Shown piece by piece: positions 1 through 12,700 of a stretch of 64,000 nt of DNA; within the stretch, counting starts at the first letter, position 1; each line of letters begins with the position of its first letter. The stretch covers positions 1-64,000 of the forward strand of contig NW_026779118.1 of assembly GCF_030144855.1 (NCBI RefSeq), in the 5' to 3' direction. The position numbers and the translations under genes are program-made. The notes beneath the pieces were generated by a model. It worked only from the letters and a program-made list of their open reading frames with translations. It searched no databases and was not told the origin of the DNA. This DNA comes from Hypanus sabinus (Eukaryota).

Positions 1-94
1 GAGGCTCGAGAGGTCCATAAGATCTCCGAACCCTGTGGTGCAGTTGCTGTATTTGTCTTCAGCCCTTGCAGCTTTCATAATAATAGTGACTGCA

Positions 95-473
95 TCCTTC
101 ATGGAATGACTGGGGGCGAACCTAAGTGCAGGACACAGACACGGAGACAGGGTTGAGAGATGCTTGCACAGTCGCGAAAGGTGGAACAGGTAACCAGGGA
201 GTCTTGAACTGCAGAGGAGGTATTCGTAGAATATCTAAAGACTGGAGATGAACTTAGAACTAACGGCAGGGAAACGAAGTGATCTCACGGGAGTAGATCA
301 ACGAACTGGCGACCCGTGGTTGAGAGACCAGGGTTCTTATGCCGCCGTCTCTGATGGGAACCAGCTGTGCTGTAATTAGGTGAATTGGCAGCAATTGGGA
401 ATCTAACGAATGGAATTAAGGCATAGTCAAGGAGTTAGGTTTGTGATGGGGTCAGCCAGACTGGACTATGACA
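95..473. mobile_element. Possible solo-LTR-like insert in the last intron of gene 1 (copy at about 39243-39621)
   Basis: Ends CTATGACA; absent at the equivalent site in gene 2; 5' TG not clean. Confidence 0.35.
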
Positions 474-694
474 CTGTATACTTCCCTGTCTTGACACTGT
501 CATACTGATGGCGTGCTGTACCGTGTAGTCACACACATAATATTTAATGATTTCACCCGCCATTTCTGCGTCTCCCGTTGCTGCCTTCTCGACGTCATTT
601 TCTCTGTTGAATGTTTTACTTCAGCTTCTCTTTCTCCGGGGATGGCATGGAAGCAATTACTTAAGAGAGGGATTAACTCAAATGTATCCCTTAC

Positions 695-736
695 CATGTA
701 AGTGAAGTCTCCATCTTGCGCGTTGTTACTTGCGAC
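695..736 (-). CDS. Cytoplasmic exon 3 (VASNNAQDGDFTYM; first ITAM tyrosine)
   Basis: 42 nt, TTTCCAG| and ATG|GTAAGG, phase 0-0; paralogue at 56399-56440. Confidence 0.8.
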
Positions 737-3700
737 CTGGAAAGAGAAAATATATCGTTTAGCTTCATTTACTGTTGCGTTCAAGCAAGAACATAACAAT
801 TGTATTCTGACTCTCCGCATATAAAACCCTACAATATAAAATGTTCACATTCATTGCTGCTTGGAGCGAAATTGCACTGTGCTCCGTTCGACGCGCTTCC
901 ATGTTTTGATACAGAGTGAGAGCAATATATATTATCTGTGACGTCAGGAACGCTTCGAAAAGGCGGTAAACCTTTCGTCAACGTTCAGTAAATGTGTGGC
1001 CAGGGACAGATCCCGCTTTTTTTTTTCTGGCGGGGGATTGTGAGGTGCTCGGTGAAGCGGTCTCCCAAACCTCCTCGGGCCCATTGGTTTGCGGCAGGCC
1101 ACACCGGGAGAACCGGACACAGTATAGGTCCCAGAGAGACTCACAGGAGCAGTGTCGCCTCAGGTGGACTGTTTGTGGCAGAAATGGTAGTGAGGGGGGA
1201 GGTGTAGCACTGGTTGCTCTTGCCAGGAGGGAGAGCAGTAGGAAGGTACGAATGACCAAGTAAGTCACGTCGGGGCTGAACCCGGCAAAAAGCAGAAAAT
1301 TGGGGGGAGGAGTAAAAGATGAGCTTTGTGGTGGGATCCGGTTGGAGATGGAGGACGGTGCGGAGAATTACTTGCTGGACGTGGAGGCCGTAGCGGTGGT
1401 AGATGAAAACAAGAGGAACTCTGCCACTGGCGGGGGCGGGAGCATGGGTTGAAAGCAGAGGTGGAGGAAGGGTAGCCCCGTTTCCTTGAAGAAGGACATC
1501 TCATTCGCTCTGGAATGAAAAGCCCAACCGGTTCGCGTCCCCATCACTCTCTCCGCCTAGCGGAACTACTGCTCACTCTTTGTCGTTTCTCCTTTGGCTC
1601 CTCCCACTTCCACGAAACTAAAACACTCGCATGGCTCCCAGCTGTGCCTGTCCGTTTGTTCCCGGCCAGGTGGAACAGTCCATGTTTCAGCCCGACACTA
1701 GGGCCCGCCCAGCACTTCTCCTACGCGACGTCGACGACTAAATTAATGCAGCTTCCTGCATCCATGGGGATCTAGGTCACTTCATGCACTTTGCCTCCAG
1801 CAGGCAACTTGCCAGATAATCAACCTGATCTCCCTGTCTCTATCTCTGGGTCAGTCTTTCCTGCAGATGTCTATTCTGAACCTACAGACTCTCAGATATA
1901 TCTGGACGATATCTCATCTCACCCTGTCACATGAGGGAAAACAATCCCGTTGCCTCAATTACTCCGGCTTCGCCATATCTGCTCTCAGGCTGAGATTTTG
2001 CATTCCAGTATGAAGGAGATGTCCTCATTCTCCAGGAAAAAAAGGAGGTTTCCCTTCTTCCACTATCAACACAGCATCGACATCATGGCCAGTCAGAGCC
2101 GAAAGGCCCGATGGACGCTACCGACCGCATTACATGTTCTTATCTTTCCATCCGACCACATATAACCATATAACAATTACAGCACGAAAACAGGCCATCT
2201 CGGCCCTTCTAGTCCGTGCCGAACGCTTACTCTCACCTAGTCCCAGCGACCTGCACTCAGCCCATAACCCTCCATTCCTTTCCTGTCCATTTCCCTATCC
2301 AATTTTATTTTAAGTGGCAATACCGAACCTGCCTAAACCACTTCTACTGGAAGCTCGTTCCACACAGCTGCCACTCTCTGATTAAAGGAACTCCCCCTTC
2401 TGTTACTCTTAAACTTTTGCCCCCTAACTCTCAACTCATGTCCTCTTGTTTGAATCTCCCCTACTCTCAATGGAAAAAGCCTATCCACGTCAAATCGATC
2501 TAACCCCCTCATAATTTTAAATATCTCTATCGTCCTCCCTACGCTCCAAAGAATAAAGACCTAACTTGTTCAGCCTTTCCGTGTAACCTAGGTGCTGAAA
2601 CCCAGGTAACATTCTAGTAAATCTCCTCTGTACTCTCTCTATTTTGTTGATATCTTTCCTATAATTCGGTGACCAGAACTGTACACAGTACTCCAAATTT
2701 GGCCTCAGCAATGCCTTGTAGAATTTTAACATTACATCCCGACTGCTGTACTCAATGCTCTGGTTTATAAATGACAGCATACCAAAAGCTTTCTTCACCA
2801 CCCTATCCACATGAGATTCCACCTTCAGGGAACTGTGCACCATTATACCGAGATCACTCTGTTCTACTGCATTCTTCAATAAAATACCATTTACAGTGTA
2901 TGTCCTATTTGGATCATTCCTACCAAAATGTAGCAACTCATACTTATCAGCATTAAACTCCATCTGCCATCTTACAGCCCACTCTTCTAACTGGCCTAAA
3001 TCTCTCTGCAAGATTTGAAAACCTACATGAGATTTCACCTTCAGTTGCAAAGCAGTGACTGAGATCATGAACTTAATACAAACATCTAACCTGCTCATTC
3101 CTTGGGAAATTTTCATAGTTTTGCGCAGCGTTCACGGTGTTTGTATCCAAGGTGCCTGTGGGAACAACACAGATATGTCACAACACTGAAGAACATCAGG
3201 AGCCGTTGTTAAAAATAACTGACGTCAACCCGGCCCCAGAATGAAACGCCAGCTATCGCTTCCTACATACTATTGTCCAGAAGCAGGTAATGGCTTGCAC
3301 AGGGGACCAGTAACTGAGGTCCGAGACTGACCAACATGAGGGGACATTAAGCTGCATAAACTACCATTCCATCTGTCCACTGAGACTGTAACCTCAAGTT
3401 GATAATTTCACATTCTGTAGCGGGAAACTCAGCAACACAGACAGCATTATCCGTGACCATTCTCTCAGATATGTCAAAGAATGATGATATGGACTAAAGC
3501 GATAGTGATGAGCAAACAAGAGGGAATGATGGTAGATAATACCGCTGGTTCCCAGGGGATCCCAGGGTGCTGAGGGAATTGCCGGAGGATATAGTGGACG
3601 CGTTGGTGATCATTTACCAAAATTCTCCTGACTCTGGGCAGGTCCCGGCGGGTTGCAGGACAGTAACTGTCACAGCGCTTTTTCAAAAAAAAAGGACGTA

Positions 3701-6700
3701 GGCAAAAAACGGGCAACTATAGGCCAGTTAGCTTAACATCTGTAGTCGGGGAAAATGCTTGAAGAAATAGTGAAACATTCAGAAAGGAATTATTCCATTA
3801 GACAGACGCAGCATGGATTCAGAAAAGGCAGAACCTGTTTGACAAACTTACTGGAGATCTTTGAGGACACAATGAGTGCAGTGGATAGAGGGCAACAGGG
3901 GGATGTCGTACACTTGGATTTCCAGAAGGCGTTCGATAAGGTGCCGCACAAGAGACTTATAAATAAGATACGGATGCAGGGAGTCGGAGGCAGTGTATTG
4001 GCATGGAGAGTGGATTGGTTAGCTAATGGAAGGCAGACGGTTGATGTAAATGGGTGTTTCTCCGGTTGGCTGTCAGTGGTGAGTGGGGAGCCGCAGGGGT
4101 CAGTGCTGGACTCACAGCTGTTTACCATTTACTTTGATGATTTGGAAGAGGGGACTGAGTGTAGCGCAGCAAAATTTGCCGATGACACTAAACTGAGTGG
4201 AAAAGCAAATTGTACAGAGGATGTGGAGAGTCTACAGAGGGATATAGATAGGTTAAGTGAGTGGGCAAAGATCTGGCAGATGGAATAGATCATTGGAAAA
4301 TGCGAGATCATCCACTTTGGAAGGAATAGTAGAAGTGCAGATTATGATAGAAATGGCGAAAGATTGCAGCAAGCTGTTGTGCGGAGGAACTTGGGAGTGA
4401 TTGTGCATGAACCGCAAAAAGTTGGCCTGCAGATACAGCAGGTTATTAAGAAGGCAAACGAAATGTTAGCCATCATTGCTAGGATAGAATTCAAGAGCAG
4501 GGAGGTCATGCTGCAACTATACAGTGTACTGGTGAGGCCGCACCGGGAGTACTGGAGTTCCGTTCTCTATCATGTCTCCTCTCATCCTCCTTCTCTCCAA
4601 AGGAGAAAGCCCTAGCTCCCTTAATCTCTGATCATAATGCATACTCTCTAAACCAGGCAGCATCCTGGTAAATCTCCTCTGTACCCTTTCCAATGTTTCC
4701 ACATCCTTCCTATAGTGAGGCGACCAGAACTGGACACAGTACTCCAAGTGTGGCCTAACTAGAGTTTTATAGAGCTGCATCGTTACATCGCGACTCTTAA
4801 ACTCTTTCCCTCGACTTATGAAAGCTAACATCCCATAAGCTTTTTTAACTACCCTTACCTAACTGTGAGGCAACTTTCAGGGATCTGTGGACATGTAGCC
4901 CCAGATCCCTCTGCTCCTCCACACTACCAACTATCCTGCCATTTACTTTGTACTTTGCCTTGGAGTTTAACCTTCCAAAGTTTACCACCTCACACATCTC
5001 CGGGTTGAACTCCATCTGCCACTTCTTAGCCCAGGTCTGCATCCTATCGACGTCTCTCTGCAGAGGGACTTGGGAATGCTTGTTCGTGAATCGCAAAAAG
5101 TTGGTCTTGCAGGTACAACAGTTTATGAAGGCAAACGGAACGTTGCCCTTCGTTGCTGGAGGGGTTGAATTCAAGAGCAGGGAGGTCATGCTGCGACCAT
5201 ACCGGGTACTGGTGAGGCCGCACCGGGAGTTAAAGTGTGCAGTTCTGGTCTCCGTACTCGAGGAAGGATTGGAGGCAGTAGGGAGGAAGTTCACCAGGCT
5301 GATTCCAGAGATGAAGGGGTTAAGTTATGAGGAGCGTTTGATTCGCCTGGGACTGTACTCTCTGGCATTCAGAACAATGAGAGGGGATTTGTGAGAAACA
5401 TACAAAACTTTGAATTGGATAGATAAGATAGAAGAAGGAAACCTGTTTCCATTGTTGTTTTCATTCTTCATTAAATGTATTTAAGATACAGTTAGATAGA
5501 TTTTTACATAGTGGGGCAATTATGGGGTAAAGGCAGGTGGATGGAGCTGAGTCTACGGACAGATCAGCCATGAACTTATTGAACTCGGGGCCGGTTCGAT
5601 GGGCCGGATGGCCTACTCCTGCTCCTATTTCTTATGTTCATATGAAAACCTAGAACTCCTGTGGACTACTTACGGCCATATAGAAATCAAATGTGAAGAT
5701 TCCACGAACAGTATCAGACGCGTTCATGGGGAGTTGTCAGATATTAATCAATATTAAGGGAAATTAAGTTGCATAAACTGCCCTTGCATCTCACCGTCGG
5801 TACTGCAATCTTGAGTTGAAAATTTCAACTAATTTAAATGGAAACCTCAATAACACAGGTAACACTATTCGTGACCATTCGCTCAGATGAAAAGCTCCAG
5901 TTTCTGTACGTCATTAACCTCAAACTCCCATATTTGAATCAAGTGTTAATATTTCCGCGGGCTCACTAACAGAACAATTGAAAGAGAGGTCACTCACTCA
6001 TTCTTCCCGGGTTGATGGTCGTGCCATATTCGGATTGTGGTGAACCTTTCGCCCTGAACAAATAGAAACAATGGTTAAATCATTCAATCGGCAGGAAGTG
6101 ACGTTCTTGCACTGGGACAAGGAATGGGAACGGCTCCGATAAACCCATCTGATTCTCTCCGGATATTCCTTGATGCTGTTCCAGTTTTCGGATGCCTGAG
6201 CTAATGCTACTCAAGTATCAACAAGAGAGTCCATTTTTGATTAAGTAGAGAAAATTATTTCAGCCGCCTGTCAGATTCCTCCATCTTCAGCTCTGTGCAA
6301 ATTCGGCCTTTCTCATTTCCGCAATTCCCACTGTTCTCACCCAGTGTCACCTGGGTGTCCTGCCTGTCACCCTCCTGGCATGTGGATCCACTATCGCTTG
6401 TCAGTCCGTTTCTTCCAATAGTTAAAAGTAGACGCGAGATTCAGAGAGAAAAGCATTTACCCGCCGGTTTTCCTCGCGATCAACCATCCGCTGACTCCGC
6501 CGATCAGGCCCACGCCAAGTAAACCAAGTACAATTCCCACGATCGCTCCAGAGCCGAGGGTAAAATTGTCACATGTCTTTGGTGCTGAAACACAAAGCAA
6601 ATATAAATATTTTACGTTGCAAAATAGGTCTTTTTTCAGTGTTGAATTGTCTTTAATTGGAATTTCGCGTACCCGACATTTCAGATATGAAAGTTGATCC

Positions 6701-9700
6701 ACCCTCTGAAATGTTCTGGGCGCCACAAAAGAATTTGTAAGTAGTTTTTGATCAATATAATGAGATGCAATCGATGTCTCTTGTCTGTAAGTGAATCGAA
6801 GTGTTTTATTCACCACGTAAGGAGCTTTGGGAATCTCCGACTTTCGGAATGTGTTGGACACGAATTGCTCTTTGAATTTATTACTGAGATATACCGCCCC
6901 GCCCCGGCTCTTCTACCATTCTGACAGCATTTACATCCTCCTGTTTCCGCTATCACCAGACGTTCTGTTCGTTCATGTTTTAAACATTCAACTTCTGCAG
7001 ACGTAATTCCACCACTTGCTTCACAAAACATCTCCATTCGATCTGTCAGAAATCACCTTTTGCCTTCTCTGCTGTGTTCGCTGAATGTGTGTTAATCCTA
7101 ACATTTCCCTGGGTAAATTAGATTAAAAAAAACTCTAATATAACGTTTCCTGCTCGGCTGCCGTCCTCTGCCCTGCTGAGTATTTCACGCAATTTCGCGA
7201 CCTGACAAAGTTCATTAATGCACACTGATCGTGATTGTGCCCCACCTGCATCTTCTCGGCACAGTTTCGCTTGCTACTAATGGAATCTACGGAAACCGTC
7301 TTCGCTCTCCAGAACACAAACAAGCCGTCGTGTTACCTCGAACATCCTCGTCCTCCCCTCCACCATCCCATACACGCCGTTTATAAAAATCTCATTGAGC
7401 GTCTATCTCAGAAGGGATCAGGTCCCACCTTTTCCCCACTAGTCACAGAACGCACAGGCAGAGTACGTGCCAACTGTTAACACCGTTTCCTCTCTGTGAC
7501 AATTCAACTCTGAATCAACGTGGTCTAGTTCCTCTCGATCTCCTGAACCCTGACTTTCCGAATGATCCCATCATGGGGAATGTTGTCCAATAGCGCTCTG
7601 AAATCCATGTACATCACTGTTCTGCCTTCATTGATACGTTTTACCACCTCCGATATTGCCCTGTCAGGGTTGAGGTGTGCTTGTGATTCTACCAAAGGTT
7701 TTCTTAAAACAGGTGTACAAGGTAACAATTTTAACGGAACGGCTGAACTTAAATTCATCCAGGGCGTATGAATAGGAAATTCATTTCAGATTTTCTCCCC
7801 AACATCTAAAGCTTATGATATCGTTTAGGAAGAATGTTTTTAAAAAGTATTATTATTAAAATTTATCAGCGATTTAGAAATAAAAGGGAGGTGCGGGGTG
7901 AGGGGATCTGGAAAGGGAAATGCTTGGATCTGTGATCATCGTGTTTCTATACACCAGCGAGAGGGACTTTCACTCACCTTGTGCGGTAACCTGAACAGTA
8001 AGATTACTGCTCCTCTTGGTTACGCCATTCGTAACACGACATGTATAACTTCCAACGTCAGGCGAGCTGACTGACAGAAGGGTGAGTTCCTGCCCAGTTT
8101 GCAGGAGATTGTTCCCGTTGTACCATGCATATTCACCGCAGGGGACTGAGAGAGCAAAGCAAGTTAATGTCAGCTTTGAGATAATGTGTGAAACAACTGG
8201 ACGCTCCGGTAGAATTCTGACCATCTCTGGTCCATCTGAAAATGAGAACACAGTAATAAATGAGATTACAGTAATAACCGATGCAAGTGAAGGTTGGTGA
8301 TTAAATGCGTACTTACAGTAAACTGGCACGTCGGTCTCCCCAGCGCCACTGCTGAATGAGTTGCTGGCGATGCACTTGTACGTCCCTGCGTCGTTTCTGT
8401 TCACACCGATTATAGTCAGTTTCGCCTTGTCGGGAGATGTACATATTCTGCCGTTTTCCTGGATGGGTTGGTTGTCCTTGAACCATGTCCGTGTCTGAAC
8501 AGCGCCCGACGCGTCGCATCTCAGTGCGATGGTATCGAGGTTTTCCAGGGGAGTGGAATTATTGGTCACCACGGCAACCCCACTCACTGGCTCTGTAAAT
8601 AAAGTTGAAATGCAAATTTGAGGTAAGACATGTTTATGAAGACAGCTCAAACGAGAATCAGCCGCCTCAATGAAAACTGGGGAAAACCAGAAATCCTGGA
8701 ACAAGGTACTAGATCGGTTGTGATCCGGAATGTGGATTTCACGGACCGGCCTATGACATATTCTAAAGGAATTACGACACAAACATGGCTGAAGCCAACA
8801 TTAAAGCCAAAGAGAGGGCGCATAATAAAGCAAATACCCGTGGGAAGTTAGAGGATTGAGCACCTTTAAAATAACACATTTGCAAATGTCACTCCACACT
8901 TCAGGAGAGGAGAGAGGCAGAAGAAAGGCCAGCTAGTGACCTCAGTAAGTGGGAAGATGTTGGAGTCGATTATTAAGCATGAGGTCTCAGGGTACTTGGA
9001 GGCACATGATAAAATAGAAAATAGTAAGCATGGTTTCCTCAAGGGGAAATCTTGAAGGCATATCGTTTAATTACTCTGGTCTGTCTGCACCAACACCGTT
9101 AAGCTCATGACCACAGCAAAGAGAAACTGACTACCTACCGAGCACATTGATTTGCATGGTTGAGGCATTGTACCTCCCGGTCAGGCTGTTATAGGCCTTA
9201 CAAGTATAATTCCCCGTGTCGCTCACAGAGATGTCGTCGAGGATGAGAGGCTGCCCACTTTGTCGATGGACACCGTTCAGTTGCCAATATAAATCAGCAA
9301 CCGGGTGCGACTGTGTGAAACATCTTAACGTTACGGTGCTTCCGGCAACGCGAAGCGACGAGTCCGGTTGAGCGATGAGAAATGGACGATCTGGTCCGTC
9401 TAAAAGGGAACGGATTGCAACAAATGAGACGGGAAGTTCTGCAGAGTTTCGCAGCCGGACAGGAAGAGAAAAGGCAGCGCTTCTACACACCCACGAATGT
9501 ATTTGTCGAAAAGCCACAGACTCTAAACAGGAGAGTCAGAAGAGTACAAAAAGCAAACGCGATATCATTGCATCTGTCTGTATGAATGATATTACAAGTC
9601 CTGCTCTGTATTTTGGATATGTCCACGTTTTTGTGCACGTGGCAGTTGTGCACAAGTTCCCTGTTGTATTGGGTTGACGTTCTGCCGGACATCATCGTGC

Positions 9701-12700
9701 TGGAATCGCGTCGCAAAAATACTGACGTCATTGGTTCACAGCAGGTGACCTTTTCCGGCGGTGCCAACATTTAATATGCATCACTATTCCCTTTGAGCTG
9801 AGGGGGCTGGAAGAGCGCAGCCACGTTGTTGTGTGTGAAGACATACATAGGGCATGCCACGTTCTACTACACCTTTCTTTCTCCTGAAGTCCGGGAGTGA
9901 ACCTACCGTAATGCGACTGGGATTTCAGACTTAAAGTTTAAAAAAAAACAATTTTAATTTCTCAGCTTCCGAGATAAACTCGGATATAACTCCCGAAAAC
10001 TATTCAGTAATTCGGATGTTCACCTGAGTTTAACACTGTGATATCGTTCACAGATATCATCCCCCTCTGTGGAATCCCCATATCTAGTAGGAGTAATAAT
10101 ACTCTGTGTATCTACCGGAATCTCGGGACACTTACAGTTGACATCGAGATAAAACGGAGCGCTTGTGATTTCGTTAATCCGGTTGCTTGCTCTGCAGGTG
10201 AAACTTCCGTCAGTCCGCAGCACTCCAGAAACAGTGAGTGTGCTGTTATCGGCACTCAGCTGAAACCTGCCACCGGGAGTTATCGTGCTTCTGTCTTCAA
10301 GCCACAGGAAAGAGACATCCGTGCCTGTTGCGGAGCAGGTTAGTGTGACGGTGTCACTGTACTCTACCAGTTCGGTGGCATTAGATGCAACAATGGCATT
10401 GGAAACAGGTTCTGAAACAAAAACACAGGAGACTGGTGAGTGAGCGACTCAAGAATAGAATCTGGATGCGTCCTTTCCAGCAACTTTCCTGCTTAATGGA
10501 ATTCTTCTCACCAGAAGCTTGAAAATTAATTTTATGTTTCATCAAATCATCCAAGCATACACAGGAACAAAGAAACATAGAAAGCAGACAGCAGAATACA
10601 GACTCTCCGGCCCACAAAGCCGTGCAGAACATCTCCCTACATTTGAGCTACCCGGGGTTTACCCACAGCCATCTATTTTCTAAGCTCCATGCAGCCAACC
10701 AGGAGTATCTTAAAAGACCCTATCTTTTCTGCCTCCACCACCGCTGCCTGCAGGCCATTCAGCGCACTCACCACTCTCTGCTTAAAAACGTATCCCTGAC
10801 ATCTCCTCTCTACCTTCTTCCAAACACCTTAAAACTGTGCCCTCTGTGGCAGCCGTTTCAACCCTGGAGAAAAGCCTCTGACTATCCACACGATCAATGC
10901 CTCTTATCAACTTATACACCTCTGTCAGGTCACCTCTCATCCTCCGTCGCTCCGAGGGGAAAAGACCGAGTTCGCTGAACCTATCCTCATAAGGCGTGCT
11001 CCCTGATCCAGGCAACATCCGTGTAAATCTCCGCTGCACCCTTTCTGTAGTTTCCAAATCCTTCCTGTAGTGAGGCGACCAGAACTAAGCACAGTACTCC
11101 AGGTGGGGTCTGTCCAGGGTCCTATATAGCTGCAACATTACCTCTCGGCTCCTAAACTCAGTCCCACGTTTGATGTAGACCAATACGCCTTCTTAACTGC
11201 AGTGTCAACCTGCGAAGCTGCTCTGAGCGTCCTATGGACTCGGACCCCAAGATCGCTCAGATTCTCCACACCGCCAAGAGTCTTACCATTAATACTACAT
11301 TCTACCATCATATTTGACCTACCAAAACGAACCACTTCATATTTATCTGGGTTGAGCTCCATGTCACTTCTCAGACCAGTTTTTGCATCCTCTCGATGTC
11401 CCGCTGTAACCTCTGACAGCCCTACACACTATCCACAACACCCCCAACCTTTGCGCCGTCAGAAAACATACTAACCCATCCCTCCACTTCCTAATCAGGT
11501 CACTGATAAAAATTACGAAGAGTGAGGGTCCCAGAACAAATCCCTGAGGCACATCACTGGTCACCGACCTCCATGTGGAATATGACCCGTCTGCAAACAC
11601 TCTTTGCATTCTGTTGGCAAGCCGGTCCTCAGCGAGTGTGAGGACCAGACCTGTAGTATTCAGGACTCGTGATCCGGAACTATACAACAAGTTCAGGAAT
11701 GACCTACGACAGGGATCAAAAGAGCAGGACAAGAGGGCATGGGGATCATAGGATTCCTACAAATGCGGGTAATATTCTGGGAATTCATGAGTGAATACGG
11801 TAATATCTCACTTACCAAGGACTTGGAGAGTGACGTCCGCTGAGGTCCCGGAGCCGTTATTTGGAACCATGTTCACACGGTATTCCCCACTCTCCGACAT
11901 GTTCTCCGACTTCAGCAGAAGCGACCCTTTGGAGATCAATAACTCAGTCCGCGATGTGCGGGAACTATCGACAGACACGGTCTGACCGATCCTCTGGGCG
12001 ACTGTTTTCCCACTAAAATTCCAGTTTGCACTGCTGACCCCGGCCGACGGCCGCACGGAAATGAACGCCTCACCCGCCGCGGTGACATTTATCGGGCTGT
12101 GCTCCACGTGGATAATAAAGTTCGGAGACTGACCTGAGGAAGAGAGAATCGTGTAACCGAAAGCGGCAGAGAACGCACCCGAGTCTGTACAGATACATAC
12201 ATGCAGATGCCAATGTAACTTTTCTCCAAACTTCATCTTCCCAGCAACCAGCCGCCGCTCTGCTGAGTTTCTGATCTCTGACGATCGAAGGGACTGACAG
12301 TTACACGGGGGAATGAAGAGACAAAGAACAAGAGAAACTAAAAATGACATTTGGAAGGAAAATATGAAAAAGAACATTGAACATAGAATTGTACAAAACG
12401 GTGCAGGCCCTTCAGCCCAGAATGCTGTGCCGAGGCTTTAACCCTGCCTTCCAAAATAGCTCTCACCTTAAATTCCTTCCTCCATATACTTGTCTGGTAG
12501 TCTCTCAAATTTAACTCGTCTATCTGCCTCCACCATTGACTCAGGCAGGGCATTCCACGCACCAACCACGCTCTGAGTAAAATTAACCTTCCTCTAATAT
12601 CCACCTTGATCTTCCCACCTCTTACCTTTAATCATTCAGCGGTGATGCCCTGGGGAAGAGGCGCTGGCTGTCCACTATTCCTCTTAAGACCTTGTACACC

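Noticed and set aside
2517-5394. RT-like ORFs as active LINEs
   Set aside because: All are 5'-truncated, frameshifted fragments in mixed orientation
5669-5730. Possible extra cytoplasmic exon ending at a GTAAGT donor
   Set aside because: No acceptable upstream acceptor and no counterpart in gene 2
6457-6861. 134-aa ORF ending in a TM helix as a stand-alone gene
   Set aside because: Only the last 41 codons are the TM exon; the rest is open intron upstream of a clear acceptor at 6585
7970-8782. 270-aa single-exon Ig protein
   Set aside because: It is exons A2 and B2 joined through an in-frame 81-nt intron plus upstream intron sequence
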